Of a stretch of DNA of 64,000 nucleotides, positions 36,193-50,624 are shown in pieces (positions within the stretch are counted from its first letter, which is position 1; the number at the start of each line of letters is the position of its first letter). Source of the stretch: Eledone cirrhosa (Eukaryota); contig OZ024740.1 of NCBI GenBank assembly GCA_964016885.1, positions 293,322,001 through 293,386,000 of the forward strand, read 5' to 3'. Under the pieces are notes generated by a model. It worked only from the letters and a program-made list of their open reading frames with translations. It had not been told where the DNA came from and did not search any database. The translations under genes were made by a program, and so were the position numbers.

Positions 36193-37954
36193 ATGGATGC
36201 CATTTCCACCTCGCACACTGTCGTGAGTGCCACACCCACTAAGAAAAGTGGTGGAGGGAAGGTAGGAGTACAAAGCTTGCAGTCGTCCCCTCTCGCATCA
36301 TCGAAAAACGTGGAAAATATTAAAACCGCGAAACCAAACCCGGCAAATAATACCAGCACCAACAACAAGAACAATGACAACAGCACCACAACCAACAACT
36401 GCAACAATAGCAACACCAATATTACCAACAGTGACAGTAACACGAAAGACAACAACACCAAAACAACATTCGCACAGACCGTAAAAAAAAACGAACTATA
36501 CACGCCAATAGACATAACAAATGCTAAACAACTATTACAAGACGCAAAACAATTCGTGACGTTTGGCGAAAATGGTGCTTTTAGCATCAATTCTCCACAG
36601 GAATTACGTAGAGAGGCTGTCCGGAAAACTGTGGTTTTCAGGACAATATCGAACGTAACAAGAAAACCAGCTCAATTATCACAAAATGAAATTGAGCTGG
36701 TTCTAAAAGACGCAATGAAGGACTTAACCTTCATACAAAAAGGTAAACTGTTTGGTAGCATTTCGGTGCTGATGAACAACCAGTCAACAGCTCAAAAGTA
36801 CTCGGTAGCACCCATTGTGTCCCCCCGCTTCACTTTTTACCCCACATACAGGGGGAAAAGGACGCAAAGAATAAAAATAATGAGTATCACACCAAATGTA
36901 AACATTTGGTGGATACTATGTGGAATAATTAACTTTGACGAAGACAAGATAATTTCAATAGGAAAGTGCTCTGGAGGTGTATTTGGTGGGACCACCGTAG
37001 AAGTTCTGGTGCAAATGAGCCCAGAACGAATAGCGAATATCCCACAACTCTGGACGGGCTAACTTATATAAACATTTCAGTGGAGGGAAGGCGGCCGTCA
37101 TGTTACCACTGCTTAAGCAGGGGTCAGCTGAGGGCTGCCTGTCCTCAATTAACGAGTAAAAAAAAAAGCTCTTCTGCCAACCCCGAACACAACAACACAA
37201 CCACCACCACCACCACCACCACAGCAACACGGAAAAATAACAACACAAAACACTGTTCCACCCAACCCCTCCCCACCTAAAACAAATACAAAAGCAACCA
37301 CAACAAAACCCCAAAATATACCCCTCCCCAACAACACGGAAGAGGACTCCGTATCAACGTCACCCAGTGACGACGAGGGAGAACCCTTTCAACAGGTGAA
37401 AAGGAAAAAAAAGGCACCACATTAACAAAAATGCCACAAACACACAACCACCAGCACAAACAGAACAAACATCACAAATAAAAAAAACCACCCCTCCCCA
37501 AAACATAACACGTACTACAAAACGCAAACACGCGCAATAACAACAAACAAAAACAAACACAACACAACAAAAACTCTATACATACATTAACAAGAACAAT
37601 AAAACGTTGATGAAAGCGATAGAAAATAACCCTTCGGTGGAAACCGAAGGGATCACTTTCACCTACGCAGCGAACAAACCGCACCTAATGATGATTAGGG
37701 TCCCAACGGAAACCTATGTAACTTTGAAAAAGAACCATCCAATGCATGTGGGAACCAACTGCACCAAACCACATAACAGCGTCCTATTGAGATGTTTCCC
37801 CACCCCCACACCAGACACCCACACCCCACCAAACACCCTAATCCCACCACACACTGATGTCCTCACCCCACCACAAACCACCACCCCACCAAACAACCCT
37901 TCCAACACCCCCATGGAAATTGTACAGCCTGGTCCCCAGGAGACGAAGAGGTAA
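36193..37954 (+). pseudogene. Tx1 ORF1 (frameshifted) with degenerate zinc knuckle
   Basis: MDAISTSH... N/T-rich region, then VEGRRPSCYHCLSRGQLRAACP in a shifted frame. Stop at 37952-37954. Confidence 0.75.
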
Positions 37955-37996
37955 GTAATTTCCTTTCCTCTTCCTTTTTACCTCTTCAGCACCAAC

Positions 37997-40900
37997 ATGG
38001 CCAATATAAGAGTTGGATGTGTGAATGCACGCGGCTTGGGGATGTCCTGGAAACAGGGCAAACTCTTAAATGACCTCAGGTCGCACAGAGTGGATGTAAT
38101 GGTTATTTGCGAGTCCAGGATCAGCAGCGAGCGCCAACTGGCCCCCATCTTCGACGACTTTGAGATCTACGCATCTCTCTGTCAGCCGAGGGGTGGGGGT
38201 GGGGTTTTCGTTCTGCTGCGAAAATACCTGGGTGCTGCCACACAGAAGGTACACCTGGACCCGGAGGGTCGACTGGTGGTTTTAGACGTCGGCAGTGGTG
38301 AAGGTGGAGCTTTCAGGCTGGTGGCAGCGTATGCCCCATCTGGGACACCGCGACCGGACTTCTTCCGACGCCTGGAGACTTTCCTGGGAACGTCTCGCTC
38401 CTTGCTTTTAGTGGGGGACTGGAATGGTATCCTGGATGCACGTTGGGACTATGTAGGGGCATGTCCCTATAGAGGGGGGTGTAACAGCCTCAAACGATTA
38501 ATCGGCCGATTTGATCTGGCCGATAGATATCGACTGGATTTTCCGACTGTGCCACGGTAGACGTGGAGTAATCGCAGCGGAACATCCAGGTCGTACCTAG
38601 ATAGGTTCCTAGTTAGAAATAAGGATAGGGACATATTAAGCTGTCCACGAATGTTCATGGTTGACTATTCGGATCACAAGTTGTTGACCGGTGTGGTCAA
38701 CCTTGATAGAACTCATAGACAGGGACCCGGTTACTGGAAGCTAAACTTGTCTTTACCGACAAACAAAGCTTACAGTAAGCGGATTAGCACACTAGTTAAG
38801 CAGCGTTTGACGGGGGCATTTGTCAACAGGTAGTGGGGCTCTCTCAAGAGAGAAATTAGAACAGAATCGATAGGTTTTAGTCGGGAATTAGCATCAGATA
38901 GGAATAGAACTGAAAGGGAATTAACAAATAGAGTAGAAGAGGCGATTAGGAGTGGCAACGTGGCCGGCGTGCTGGCGTCAAGAACGGCTCTAGACCAGTT
39001 CTTTGATGCGAAGCACGAGAGCTGCGTTGTCAGGAGTAAAATACGTGCTCTGGGTAACGAGGGAGCCAAAGCTGTTAGCTGGGCCCGAGTGACAGAGGCA
39101 AAAAATGGAAACAAGTCCACGATTCGGTCTTTGAAGGACCAGGATGGACACGTGATCCTTGAACCTGAGCGGATGAGCGCGGCCTTTCAACGGCGCTTTG
39201 CACGACTGTTCGGGAGGGGCGGCGGGCCGGGTGTGGCCATGGATTTCGGTGCATACCTCGACGGTCTGGCGCGGCTCTCGGGCGGGGAGGCGAAGTCCTG
39301 CGAGAGGCCGATTTCAGCCGCTGAAATAGAGGAAGCGCTGAGCCAATGCGGCAAACGCAAATCTCCGGGTCTCGATGGTCTACCATACGAACTTTATGTA
39401 GCGATGCCGGGCTTGTTCTCCGGTCTCCTCGAGGCGGTCTACTGCAACTGGCAACAGAACGGGAGAATTCCCAGTTCTGTGACCAAGGGCGTAGTCACGC
39501 TGGTGAGGAAGGACGAGAACAAGGGGGATGACATAGATAACTTCAGGCCCATAACTCTGCTAAACACAGAGTTAAAGATTTTGGCCAAGGTGTTAGCGAA
39601 GAGGTTGGCGCTTGTCGTCGGGAACCTGGTGGGAGAAGCGCAGACATGCGCAATCCCGTCCAGGTCCATACACGACAACCTCCACCTCATGCGATACATC
39701 GTAGAGAGGGTAGGGAACGAACCCGGCTTTGGTGGGGCCCTGATCAACTTGGATCAATCTAAAGCATTCGATAGGGTTGACCATCGGTACCTGGATGCGG
39801 TGCTCGCGGCGGCAGGCTTCGGACCCGTTTTCAGGGGCTGGATTGCTGCAATGCACAGCAGCAACACCTGCTCGAGGGTCAAGGTGAACGGCTACCTCTC
39901 GGAGCCGTTCCAAATCACGCGATCCATTCGACAGGGATGCCCTCTCTCCTCCCTCCTGTATGTGCTGGCTCTCGAACCACTACTGAGGAAGCTGGAGCTG
40001 TTGCAGGGCATCCCCTTGGAACCGGGATTGCGGAAAGAGGTGTCGGCCCACGCCGATGACGTGACAGTAATGGTGTCGTGCGCCTCGGAAATCGGGCAGA
40101 TCGGCACCTTACTGGAGGAATATGAAAGGTTCACAGGAGCCAAGCTGAACCGGGACAAGTCCGTCGGTTTGCAACTCGGGACGTGGAGGGGCAAAACGAT
40201 GCCCTCCGACGGCATCGTCGGACGCTGGACGGAGGGACCGTGAAGCTGCTCGGGGTCTGGTTCGGACCGGACCTCCAGGTGGAGAAAAACTGGGACGAGG
40301 TAACGGGCAAGGTGTTTGCACTCGCCCAGAAGTGGGCCGAGTGCAAACTATCCCTGAAAGGTCGAGCGGAGGTGGCAAACGCTTATATAGCGTCCGTCAT
40401 CTACTACCGCTTGACCGTCGTGCCTTGCCCAGAGAAAACACTCGCCAAAATGGAGCGCGCGCTCTTCCGATTTCTTTGGAAGAAGCGGGCTCCTTTGGTG
40501 AGAAGATCCATCTGCTGTCAACACCCTTCGAACGGAGGGCTGGGGATGCCGTGGCTGACGATGCGTAGACACGCATTAAGGCTACGGCACCTCCAGGTAT
40601 TCCTCACCGGTCAGCCGGTGTGGGCCCTGTTTGTGAGGCGAGCCTTTCCGAGACTCGTCTCACTCACCGAGCTGCAATCCTGGGTCAAGCAAAGACCGAG
40701 AAAAGTGGGCGACTGGCACATTGAATGTGCCCAGGCGCTCACGGCCCTCTGGCAAGCGGATCCGGCAATCAGTGGAGACTCAACCTCAACATTCTATAGA
40801 GGGTTGGTGCGCAGTAAGTGCGACGACGCTCTCGGAGAGGCTCTGGGCATGGAGGAAGACGAGCTGGCCAGTCTGTTCGGTAGGACGTTTCGCCCGGGAC

Positions 40901-41430
40901 CGATGGACAACTTCCAAAAGTCCCTGGCTTGGCAATGTTACCGAGGAGCTCTACCCGTTCGGGACAAGCTCTACAGACACGGGCGCCCGGGTAGGGACCC
41001 CTCGAAGAATATCTGTCCAAGATGCGTGCGTGACGAGGAAACCGTCGCACACGCATTCGTACACTGCCCGGGCGTTGCTGACCTGTGGGGCTATGTAGAA
41101 CGACTACTGTCGCGGGTGGGACCAATCCGGTTAACCACCGAGAACATTGTCACAATCAAACCGCCTCCCCCTTTCAAAAGCGAAGGAGAGGCGGTTTTCC
41201 TCTGTGTGATAGCCATGGCGAAAGAAGTTGTATGGTGGACAAGGTTGAAAGGGCTGAGGTCAGACACCTATCTCTCCGGCCAACAACTGGTCTTTTTTTT
41301 CAAGTACCACTTTAGAAGAAGGATCAGAATAGAGAGAGAGGCGCTCTACCCCAGCAAGTTTTATGAAAGATGGGTGAAAGTAGCGAGAATGGCCCGAGTG
41401 AATGGGCCTTCTCTCTATATCAGCCTGTAG
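37997..41430 (+). pseudogene. Tx1 ORF2 (APE-RT-Cys domain) with two stops and one frameshift
   Basis: TAG at 38558-38560 and 38831-38833, frameshift near 40240. Catalytic motif reads HADD; C-terminal CPRC..ETVAHAFVHC. Confidence 0.92.
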
Positions 41431-42884
41431 GTGAGAGAGGAGAAGAATGAGAAGAGGAAGGAAGCACCCGCTCTTTGTGCTCCTGAAGAGGAGGGTTGCT
41501 CATTTTTTCGGGGGTGTGTGCGACCCATGTCAACGCCCCTCCCTATTGAGGACATCGATTGTTAAATTTAATTTGTTATATGTTTTTTACACGTCTTTTT
41601 AAATGTGTGTAAACTCCCCCCTTTGTATTTGTCCCAATCTTTGATGCCCTGGTGGCAAATAAATAGAAATATATATCTATTTATCTCACCTATCTCTACA
41701 TAGCATTTGCATAAATTGTAGAATGTATGTATTTATACATGTATTTGTATGGATGTATATATAAATATATATATATATGTGTATATATATGTGTGTGTAT
41801 GTGTGTATGTGCGTGTATTTATGTATGTATGTGTGTGTATGTATATATGTGTGTATATTCAAATCTATATAACCTTACTACATACAAATTAGGGCTTAAA
41901 ATCCCAAGATATGATAGAAAGATATTTGACGACGGAAAACCAATTTCAAACGTAAATGAATTTCCACCAGCATCAATACAACATCAATGTTCATTTGGGG
42001 ATTTCCTACTACTAAAGTCATTACTCATAGAAATATTATATGTAGATATAGCAAAAGTGAGATTAGGTTGCAATCCGTTGCCTTTTGCTTCCTAGGTATT
42101 TTCTGTCAAGGAAATTTTAATTTTATTCAAAATATATATTCTCTCGGGTCTCGAATAATCACTCTCTGCCCCCGTTTATTAATTTTTCAGAGTTTTTCCA
42201 ATCATAATTTTGTTAATCTCTCTCCGGAGAAATTTTATTTTAAGTATTTGCATACCTGCGATAATTAATATTCTTTAGATATTACAAAACATTATACATG
42301 ACAAAAAAAGTACATTACTAAAAATACCGTACGTTATAAAATAAATATGATGAGTTGGGGTCTCAATATGTAAACTAAACAACTAATTCTGTTTTTTTTT
42401 AATTAACGGAGACAACCTAGGAAAATAACCGATTTTCCACCTACTCCCCACCCCTGCTTATTCCACGCCACACCCCTATTCCATCCCCCCTTGTTATTTG
42501 GAACCCAAGACTACAAGGTTGAATTGGAATGTCAGAATCCGTTAAAAAACAGAAATATACCTAATTATATTTACTTACGTCCAGAGTTATAATCCTGCTA
42601 ATGTCGACATTTCGTTCACACTTCCATGATTTAGTTTTAAAAAGGAAATGTGGAAACCTATAATCCAGTCATGGGAAAACTGCAGCCCGTTTGGCTTTCT
42701 GGATGGCACGCCTAATTTCAAAATTTGCTTGAATTCTTTAGTAGTGCGGCCCGCTTTATGATGTGCCATATCATGTCTGCTATAATCAATGGCGCTGTCA
42801 TTGAAAATTCTGATGTAAAATTATAATAGTATAGTAGTCTATATAATAGACTACACAGCCAACAAATTTTAAGGCCATGTCCCT

Positions 42885-43047
42885 GGCAAAGAATGGACCT
42901 ACATCGGTTTCGATGAGAAGTGTCTCGGTTCGATCAACGGAACAGCCTGCTCATGAAACTAACGTGCACGTACTTGAATATTCCACAAACATGTAAATCC
43001 GTTACGTGAATATCTGTGTGACAAGGCTAGCCCTTTGAATTACAGAG
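42885..43047 (+). mobile_element. SINE 3' portion
   Basis: GGTTCGATCAACGGAACAGCCTGCTC..GTGACAAGGCTAGCCCTTTGAATTACAG resembles a cephalopod SINE tail (recognition from memory). Confidence 0.5.
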
Positions 43048-43070
43048 CAATGATCCGAAACGAATACCGC

Positions 43071-46000
43071 AAAGTATTATACTCGACGTTCGAAAGACTC
43101 TGCCAATTCGCCTTATAGTATTCTACCCGACATTCTAAAGACTCTGCCAATTCGCCTTATAGTATTCTACCCGACATTCTAAAGACTCTGCCAATTCGCC
43201 TTATAGTATTCTACCCGACATTCTAATGACTCTGACAATTGCCTTATAGTATTCTACTCGACGTTCGAAAGACTCTGACAATTGCCTTATAGTATTCTAC
43301 CCGACATTCTAATTACTCTGACAATTGCCTTATAGTATTCTACCCGACATTCTAAAGACTCTGCCAATTTGCCTTATAGTATTCTACCCGACATTCTAAT
43401 GACTCTGACAATTGCCTTATAGTATTCTACCCGACATTCTAATGACTCTGACAATTGCCTTATAGTATTCTACCCGACATTCTAATGACTCTGACAATTG
43501 CCTTATAGTATTCTACCCGACATTCTAATGACTCTGACAATTGCCTTATAGTATTCTACCCGACATTCTAATGACTCTGACAATTGCCTTATAGTATTCT
43601 ACCCGACATTCTAAAGACTCTGCCAATTCGCCTTATAGTATTCTACCCGACATTCTAAAGACTCTGACAATTGCCTTATAGTATTCTACCCGACATTCTA
43701 ATGACTCTGACAATTGCCTTATAGTATTCTACCCGATATTCTAATGACTCTGTCAATTGCCTTATAGTATTCTACCCGACATTCTAATGACTCTGACAAT
43801 TGCCTTATAGTATTCTACCCGACATTCTAATGACTCTGTCAATTGCCTTATAGTATTCTACCCGACATTCTAATGACTCTGACAATTGCCTTATAGTATT
43901 CTACCCGACATTCTAATGACTCTGTCAATTGCCTTATAGTATTCTACCCGACATTCTAATGACTCTGACAATTGCCTTATAGTATTCTACCCGACATTCT
44001 AATGACTCTGACAATTGCCTTATAGTATTCTACCCGACATTCTAATGACTCTGTCAATTGCCTTATAGTATTCTACCCGACATTCTAATGACTCTGTCAA
44101 TTGCCTTATAGTATTCTACCCGACATTCTAATGACTCTGACAATTGCCTTATAGTATTCTACCCGACATTCTAATGACTCTGTCAATTGCCTTATAGTAT
44201 TCTACCCGACATTCTAATGACTCTGACAATTGCCTTATAGTATTCTACCCGACATTCTAATGACTCTGACAATTGCCTTATAGTATTCTACCCGACATTC
44301 TAAAGACTCTGCCAATTCGCCTTATAGTATTCTACCCGACATTCTAATGACTCTGACAATTGCCTTATAGTATTCTACCCGACATTCTAATGACTCTGAC
44401 AATTGCCTTATAGTATTCTACCCGACATTCTAAAGACTCTGCCAATTCACCTTATAGTATTCTACCCGACATTCTAATGACTCTGTCAATTGCCTTATAG
44501 TATTCTACCCGACATTCTAATGACTCTGACAATTGCCTTATAGTATTCTACCCGACATTCTAATGACTCTGACAATTGCCTTATAGTATTCTACCCGACA
44601 TTCTAAAGACTCTGCCAATTCGCCTTATAGTATTCTACCCGACATTCTAATGACTCTGACAATTGCCTTATAGTATTCTACCCGACATTCTAATGACTCT
44701 GACAATTGCCTTATAGTATTCTACCCGACATTCTAATGACTCTGACAATTGCCTTATAGTATTCTACCCGACATTCTAATGACTCTGACAATTGCCTTAT
44801 AGTATTCTACCCGACATTCTAATGACTCTGTCAATTGCCTTATAGTATTCTACCCGACATTCTAATGACTCTGACAATTGCCTTATAGTATTCTACCCGA
44901 CATTCTAATGACTCTGACAATTGCCTTATAGTATTCTACCCGACATTCTAATGACTCTGTCAATTGCCTTATAGTATTCTACCCGACATTCTAATGACTC
45001 TGTCAATTGCCTTATAGTATTCTACCCGACATTCTAATGACTCTGACAATTGCCTTATAGTATTCTACCCGACATTCTAATGACTCTGTCAATTACCTTA
45101 TAGTATTCTACCCGACATTCTAATGACTCTGACAATTGCCTTATAGTATTCTACCCGACATTCTAATGACTCTGTCAATTGCCTTATAGTATTCTACCCG
45201 ACATTCTAATGACTCTGACAATTGCCTTATAGTATTCTACCCGACATTCTAATGACTCTGACAATTGCCTTATAGTATTCTACCCGACATTCTAATGACT
45301 CTGACAATTGCCTTATAGTATTCTACCCGACATTCTAATGACTCTGACAATTGCCTTATAGTATTCTACCCGACATTCTAATGACTCTGACAATTGCCTT
45401 ATAGTATTCTACCCGACATTCTAATGACTCTGTAAATTGCCTTATAGTATTCTACCCGACATTCTAATGACTCTGACAATTGCCTTATAGTATTCTACCC
45501 GACATTCTAATGACTCTGACAATTGCCTTATAGTATTCTACCCGACATTCTAATGACTCTGACAATTGCCTTATAGTATTCTACCCGACATTCTAATGAC
45601 TCTGTCAATTGCCTTATAGTATTCTACCCGACATTCTAATGACTCTGACAATTGCCTTATAGTATTCTACCCGACATTCTAATGACTCTGACAATTGCCT
45701 TATAGTATTCTACCCGACATTCTAATGACTCTGACAATTGCCTTATAGTATTCTACCCGACATTCTAATGACTCTGACAATTGCCTTATAGTATTCTACC
45801 CGACATTCTAAAGACTCTGCCAATTCGCCTTATAGTATTCTACCCGACATTCTAATGACTCTGACAATTGCCTTATAGTATTCTACCCGACATTCTAATG
45901 ACTCTGACAATTGCCTTATAGTATTCTACCCGACATTCTAATGACTCTGTCAATTGCCTTATAGTATTCTACCCGACATTCTAATGACTCTGACAATTGC

Positions 46001-48585
46001 CTTATAGTATTCTACCCGACATTCTAATGACTCTGACAATTGCCTTATAGTATTCTACCCGACATTCTAAAGACTCTGCCAATTCGCCTTATAGTATTCT
46101 ACCCGACATTCTAATGACTCTGACAATTGCCTTATAGTATTCTACCCGACATTCTAATGACTCTGACAATTGCCTTATAGTATTCTACCCGACATTCTAA
46201 AGACTCTGCCAATTCGCCTTATAGTATTCTACCCGACATTCTAAAGACTCTGACAATTGCCTTATAGTATTCTACCCGACATTCTAATGACTCTGACAAT
46301 TGCCTTATAGTATTCTACCCGACATTCTAATGACTCTGTCAATTGCCTTATAGTATTCTACCCGACATTCTAATGACTCTGACAATTGCCTTATAGTATT
46401 CTACCCGACATTCTAATGACTCTGTCAATTGCCTTATAGTATTCTACCCGACATTCTAATGACTCTGACAATTGCTTATAGTATTCTACCCGACATTCTA
46501 ATGACTCTGTCAATTGCCTTATAGTATTCTACCCGACATTCTAATGACTCTGACAATTGCCTTATAGTATTCTACCCGACATTCTAATGACTCTGTCAAT
46601 TGCCTTATAGTATTCTACCCGACATTCTAATGACTCTGACAATTGCCTTATAGTATTCTACCCGACATTCTAATGACTCTGTCAATTGCCTTATAGTATT
46701 CTACCCGACATTCTAATGACTCTGAAAATTGCCTTATAGTATTCTACCCGGCATTCTAATGACACTGACAATTGCCTTATAGTATTCTACCCGACATTCT
46801 AATGACTCTGACAATTGCCTTATAGTATTCTACCCGACATTCTAATGACTCTGTCAATTGCCTTATAGTATTCTACCCGACATTCTAATGACTCTGACAA
46901 TTGCCTTATAGTATTCTACCCGACATTCTAATGACTCTGACAATTGCTTTATAGTATTCTACCCGACATTCTAATGACTCTGTCAATTGCCTTATAGTAT
47001 TCTACCCGACATTCTAATGACTCTGACAATTGCCTTATAGTATTCTACCCGACATTCTAATGACTCTGACAATTGCCTTATAGTATTCTACCCGACATTC
47101 TAATGACTCTGACAATTGCCTTATAGTATTCTACCCGACATTCTAATGACTCTGTCAATTGCCTTATAGTATTCTACCCGACATTCTAATGACTCTGACA
47201 ATTGCCTTATAGTATTCTACCCGACATTCTAATGACTCTGACAATTGCCTTATAGTATTCTACCCGACATTCTAATGACTCTGACAATTGCCTTATAGTA
47301 TTCTACCCGACATTCTAATGACTCTGTCAATTGCCTTATAGTATTCTACCCGACATTCTAATGACTCTGACAATTGCCTTATAGTATTCTACCCGACATT
47401 CTAATGACTCTGTCAATTGCCTTATAGTATTCTACCCGACATTCTAATGACTCTGACAATTGCCTTATAGTATTCTACCCGACATTCTAATGACTCTGTC
47501 AATTGACTTATAGTATTCTACCCGACATTCTAATGACTCTGACAATTGCCTTATAGTATTCTACCCGACATTCTAATGACTCTGTCAATTGCCTTATAGT
47601 ATTCTACCCGACATTCTAATGACTCTGACAATTGCCTTATAGTATTCTACCCGACATTCTAATGACTCTGTCAATTGCCTTATAGTATTCTACCCGACAT
47701 TCTAATGACTCTGTCAATTGCCTTATAGTATTCTACCCGACATTCTAATGACTCTGTCAATTGCCTTATAGTATTCTACCCGACATTCTAAAGACTCTGA
47801 CAATTGCCTTATAGTATTCTACCCGACATTCTAATGACTCTGACAATTGCCTTATAGTATTCTACCCGACATTCTAATGACTCTGACAATTGCCTTATAG
47901 TATTCTACCCGACATTCTAATGACTCTGACAATTGCCTTATAGTATTCTACCCGACATTCTAATGACTCTGTCAATTGCCTTATAGTATTCTACCCGACA
48001 TTCTAAAGACTCTGACAATTGCCTTATAGTATTCTACCCGACATTCTAATGACTCTGACAATTGCCTTATAGTATTCTACCCGACATTCTAATGACTCTG
48101 ACAATTGCCTTATAGTATTCTACCCGACATTCTAATGACTCTGACAATTGCCTTATAGTATTCTACCCGACATTCTAATGACTCTGACAATTGCCTTATA
48201 GTATTCTACCCGACATTCTAATGACTCTGTCAATTGCCTTATAGTATTCTACCCGACATTCTAAAGACTCTGACAATTGCCTTATAGTATTCTACCCGAC
48301 ATTCTAATGACTCTGTCAATTGCCTTATAGTATTCTACCCGACATTCTAATGACTCTGTCAATTGCCTTATAGTATTCTACCCGACATTCTAATGACTCT
48401 GTCAATTGCCTTATAGTATTCTAACCGACGTTCAAAAGACTCTGACAATTGCCTTATAGTATTCTACCCGACATTCTAATGACTCTGTCAATTGCCTTAT
48501 AGTATTCTACCCGACGTTCAAAAGACTCTGTCAATTGCCTTATAGTATTCTACCCGACATTCTAATAACTCTGCTAATTCGCCGC
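43071..48585. repeat. 43-bp satellite, about 128 copies, derived from a SINE 5' head
   Basis: Unit GCCTTATAGTATTCTACCCGACATTCTAATGACTCTGACAATT (with a 44-bp variant). 35/40 match to the SINE head at 15589-15628. Confidence 0.95.
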
Positions 48586-48814
48586 CTCATTATATTATTA
48601 CTTAACTACAAAAGAATTCGACATTGTGGAATGATGAAAAAGAATAATATATTGTTGGAAGAGAATTGCCGTTTCCTTATCTAATGAAAGATTTAAATTC
48701 TGGAAGTTACCCAGGAATCTATCATGTCATGACTATTATTTGCTGAATTTTGTTTTACCATTGCTAGTAGGAAGAAAGGACGTTAAATTATTGTGGCAAT
48801 GATAACCATGATGA

Positions 48815-49135
48815 TGAGGAGGAGGAGGAGGAGGAGGAGGAGGAGGAGTAGGAGGAGGAGGAGGAGGAGGAGGAGGAGGAGGAGGAGGAGGAGAAGAAAG
48901 AGGAAGAAGAAAGGGAGAACGGGGTGAAGGAGGAGGAAAAGAAAAAGACGAAACGGAAGAAGAAAGAGAAAAGGGGGAAGAGGATGAAGAAGAGGAAGAG
49001 GAAGAGGGGGAGGAGAGAGGAGGAAATGGAGTGGTAGGAAAAAGAAAAAGAGAAGGAAGAGGAAAAGAAAAAGGAGGAAGAAGAAGAAAAAAGTAAAAGA
49101 AGAAGAAGAAGAAGAAAGGAGGACGATGACGACGA
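48815..49135. repeat. (GAG)n and purine-rich low-complexity tract
   Basis: Direct reading. Confidence 0.9.
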
Positions 49136-49844
49136 CAGTGTTACAATACTCTATCGACTCGCTATTGTACCATTGACTGCGTTAAAACGCCCTCTACCGA
49201 CTCGCTATTGTACTATTGACAGCGTGACAACGCCCTCTATCGACTCAACTAGTTTCACAGTACAAAATACAAGTTAAAACTAGGTAAGTTATGATATATC
49301 ATGTTAGAGGAGTGGATTGACAGGATCAGTGAATTAACAGACCAATTACACTAGTATTCAGATATGTATCTTTACGTTCTCAGTTCAAATTCTGCTGGGT
49401 TCAACTTAACCTTTCAACTCTCCCGAGTTGATGAAAGAAAGTACCAATCAATTACTGGATCGATTTACTCTACTACTCTCTTCCTCCGAAAATGTGTAAC
49501 GTTGTGTAGAGGTGGGTTGCCATAGTAGCATTTGAGCAATGTCCGGTGGGCTGCTACTCTGAATTAAAGAAACCATCTAAAAAGAATATCCTGAAAAACT
49601 GAAGTCATAGCATCTACTTAAAACTAGAAAAAAAAAATGCTTTATTTAAAAAAAAAACATTTCTCCATTTTCTCAAATAAACAACATATCAATGATTAAT
49701 GGGCCGACCTGAGAAGTGACGATTTCTCAGGTCGGTTTTAAAACCCAATCCACTTTTGACCTTGTGCCAATGTTAGAAATTAATATATTATGTAAATTAA
49801 TCGGTGATGATAACGTTGCGTAAATTAGATAATGATTTCTACTA

Positions 49845-49980
49845 TAGGCACAAAGCCATAAATTATCCCAGTGTATTACTGGTACTTTATTTTATCGACC
49901 CCGTAAGGATGAAAGGCAAAGTTAACCTCGGCGGGATTTGAACTCAGACCATAAATGGACGTAACTCTATCCGCCAAAGC
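49845..49980 (-). mobile_element. tRNA-derived SINE
   Basis: ACTGGTACTTTATTTTATCGACCCCGTAAGGATGAAAGGCAAAGTTAACCTCGGCGGGATTTGAACTCAG. Confidence 0.85.
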
Positions 49981-50624
49981 GAAAATTAGATAATGTTTCA
50001 TAACATTAAATCTCGACCAGATTAACCTCGTAGCACAATGAGCATACATTATGGAACCCACAGTTTCAGTGAGCCCACGCTAAATGCTTTATACCATAGT
50101 ATTATAATCAGGGCTATATTAAACCATATAAATGAGCCTCTAGTCTATCAGTCAACCGACTCAGCAAAGAACAAATTGACGGCCTCCTAGGCTTTAGCTA
50201 AATCAACCTTATGGATAATACGTCCCTGGCTATATTACCTTAACCTTTTCTGAACGACTGAAAGATTAAGTTTAATTCATTACTCCAGTGACAATTTCTC
50301 AAAAGTAAACTTAATCCCGCCGCTTTTAGTCAGTAATTTAGCATAATACAGCATCTCATCTCACATACGGTAAATTGTTTAGGTTCTCCATTGTTTTATT
50401 GCGTTCTTAGACTTACAGATATAGATTAGTGCCCCCAACTGGTTAAGATAGATAACAATGCATGCATGGACCCGTATCTTTTGAGGGAGTTGTTGAGGTG
50501 TCATATTGAAATACGGCATTTCTAGGGCCCTTTTAAACCTGGTGGATCCCATCTTCTCTCCAGGTCTTAAATAACAATACATAATTTTAAAAGTTATTCC
50601 TAGTGTATACTGAAGAACTAAAAA

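Larger units (their letters stand above)
36008..41670 (+). mobile_element. Near full-length Tx1/L1-clade LINE, copy 2 (inactivated)
   Basis: 5' UTR, ORF1, ORF2, and a 3' UTR ending GCAAATAAATAGAAAT. Confidence 0.92.

Noticed and set aside
43071-48585. CRISPR-like array
   Set aside because: Units are contiguous with no unique spacers, there are no cas genes, and the context is eukaryotic. The unit derives from a SINE.
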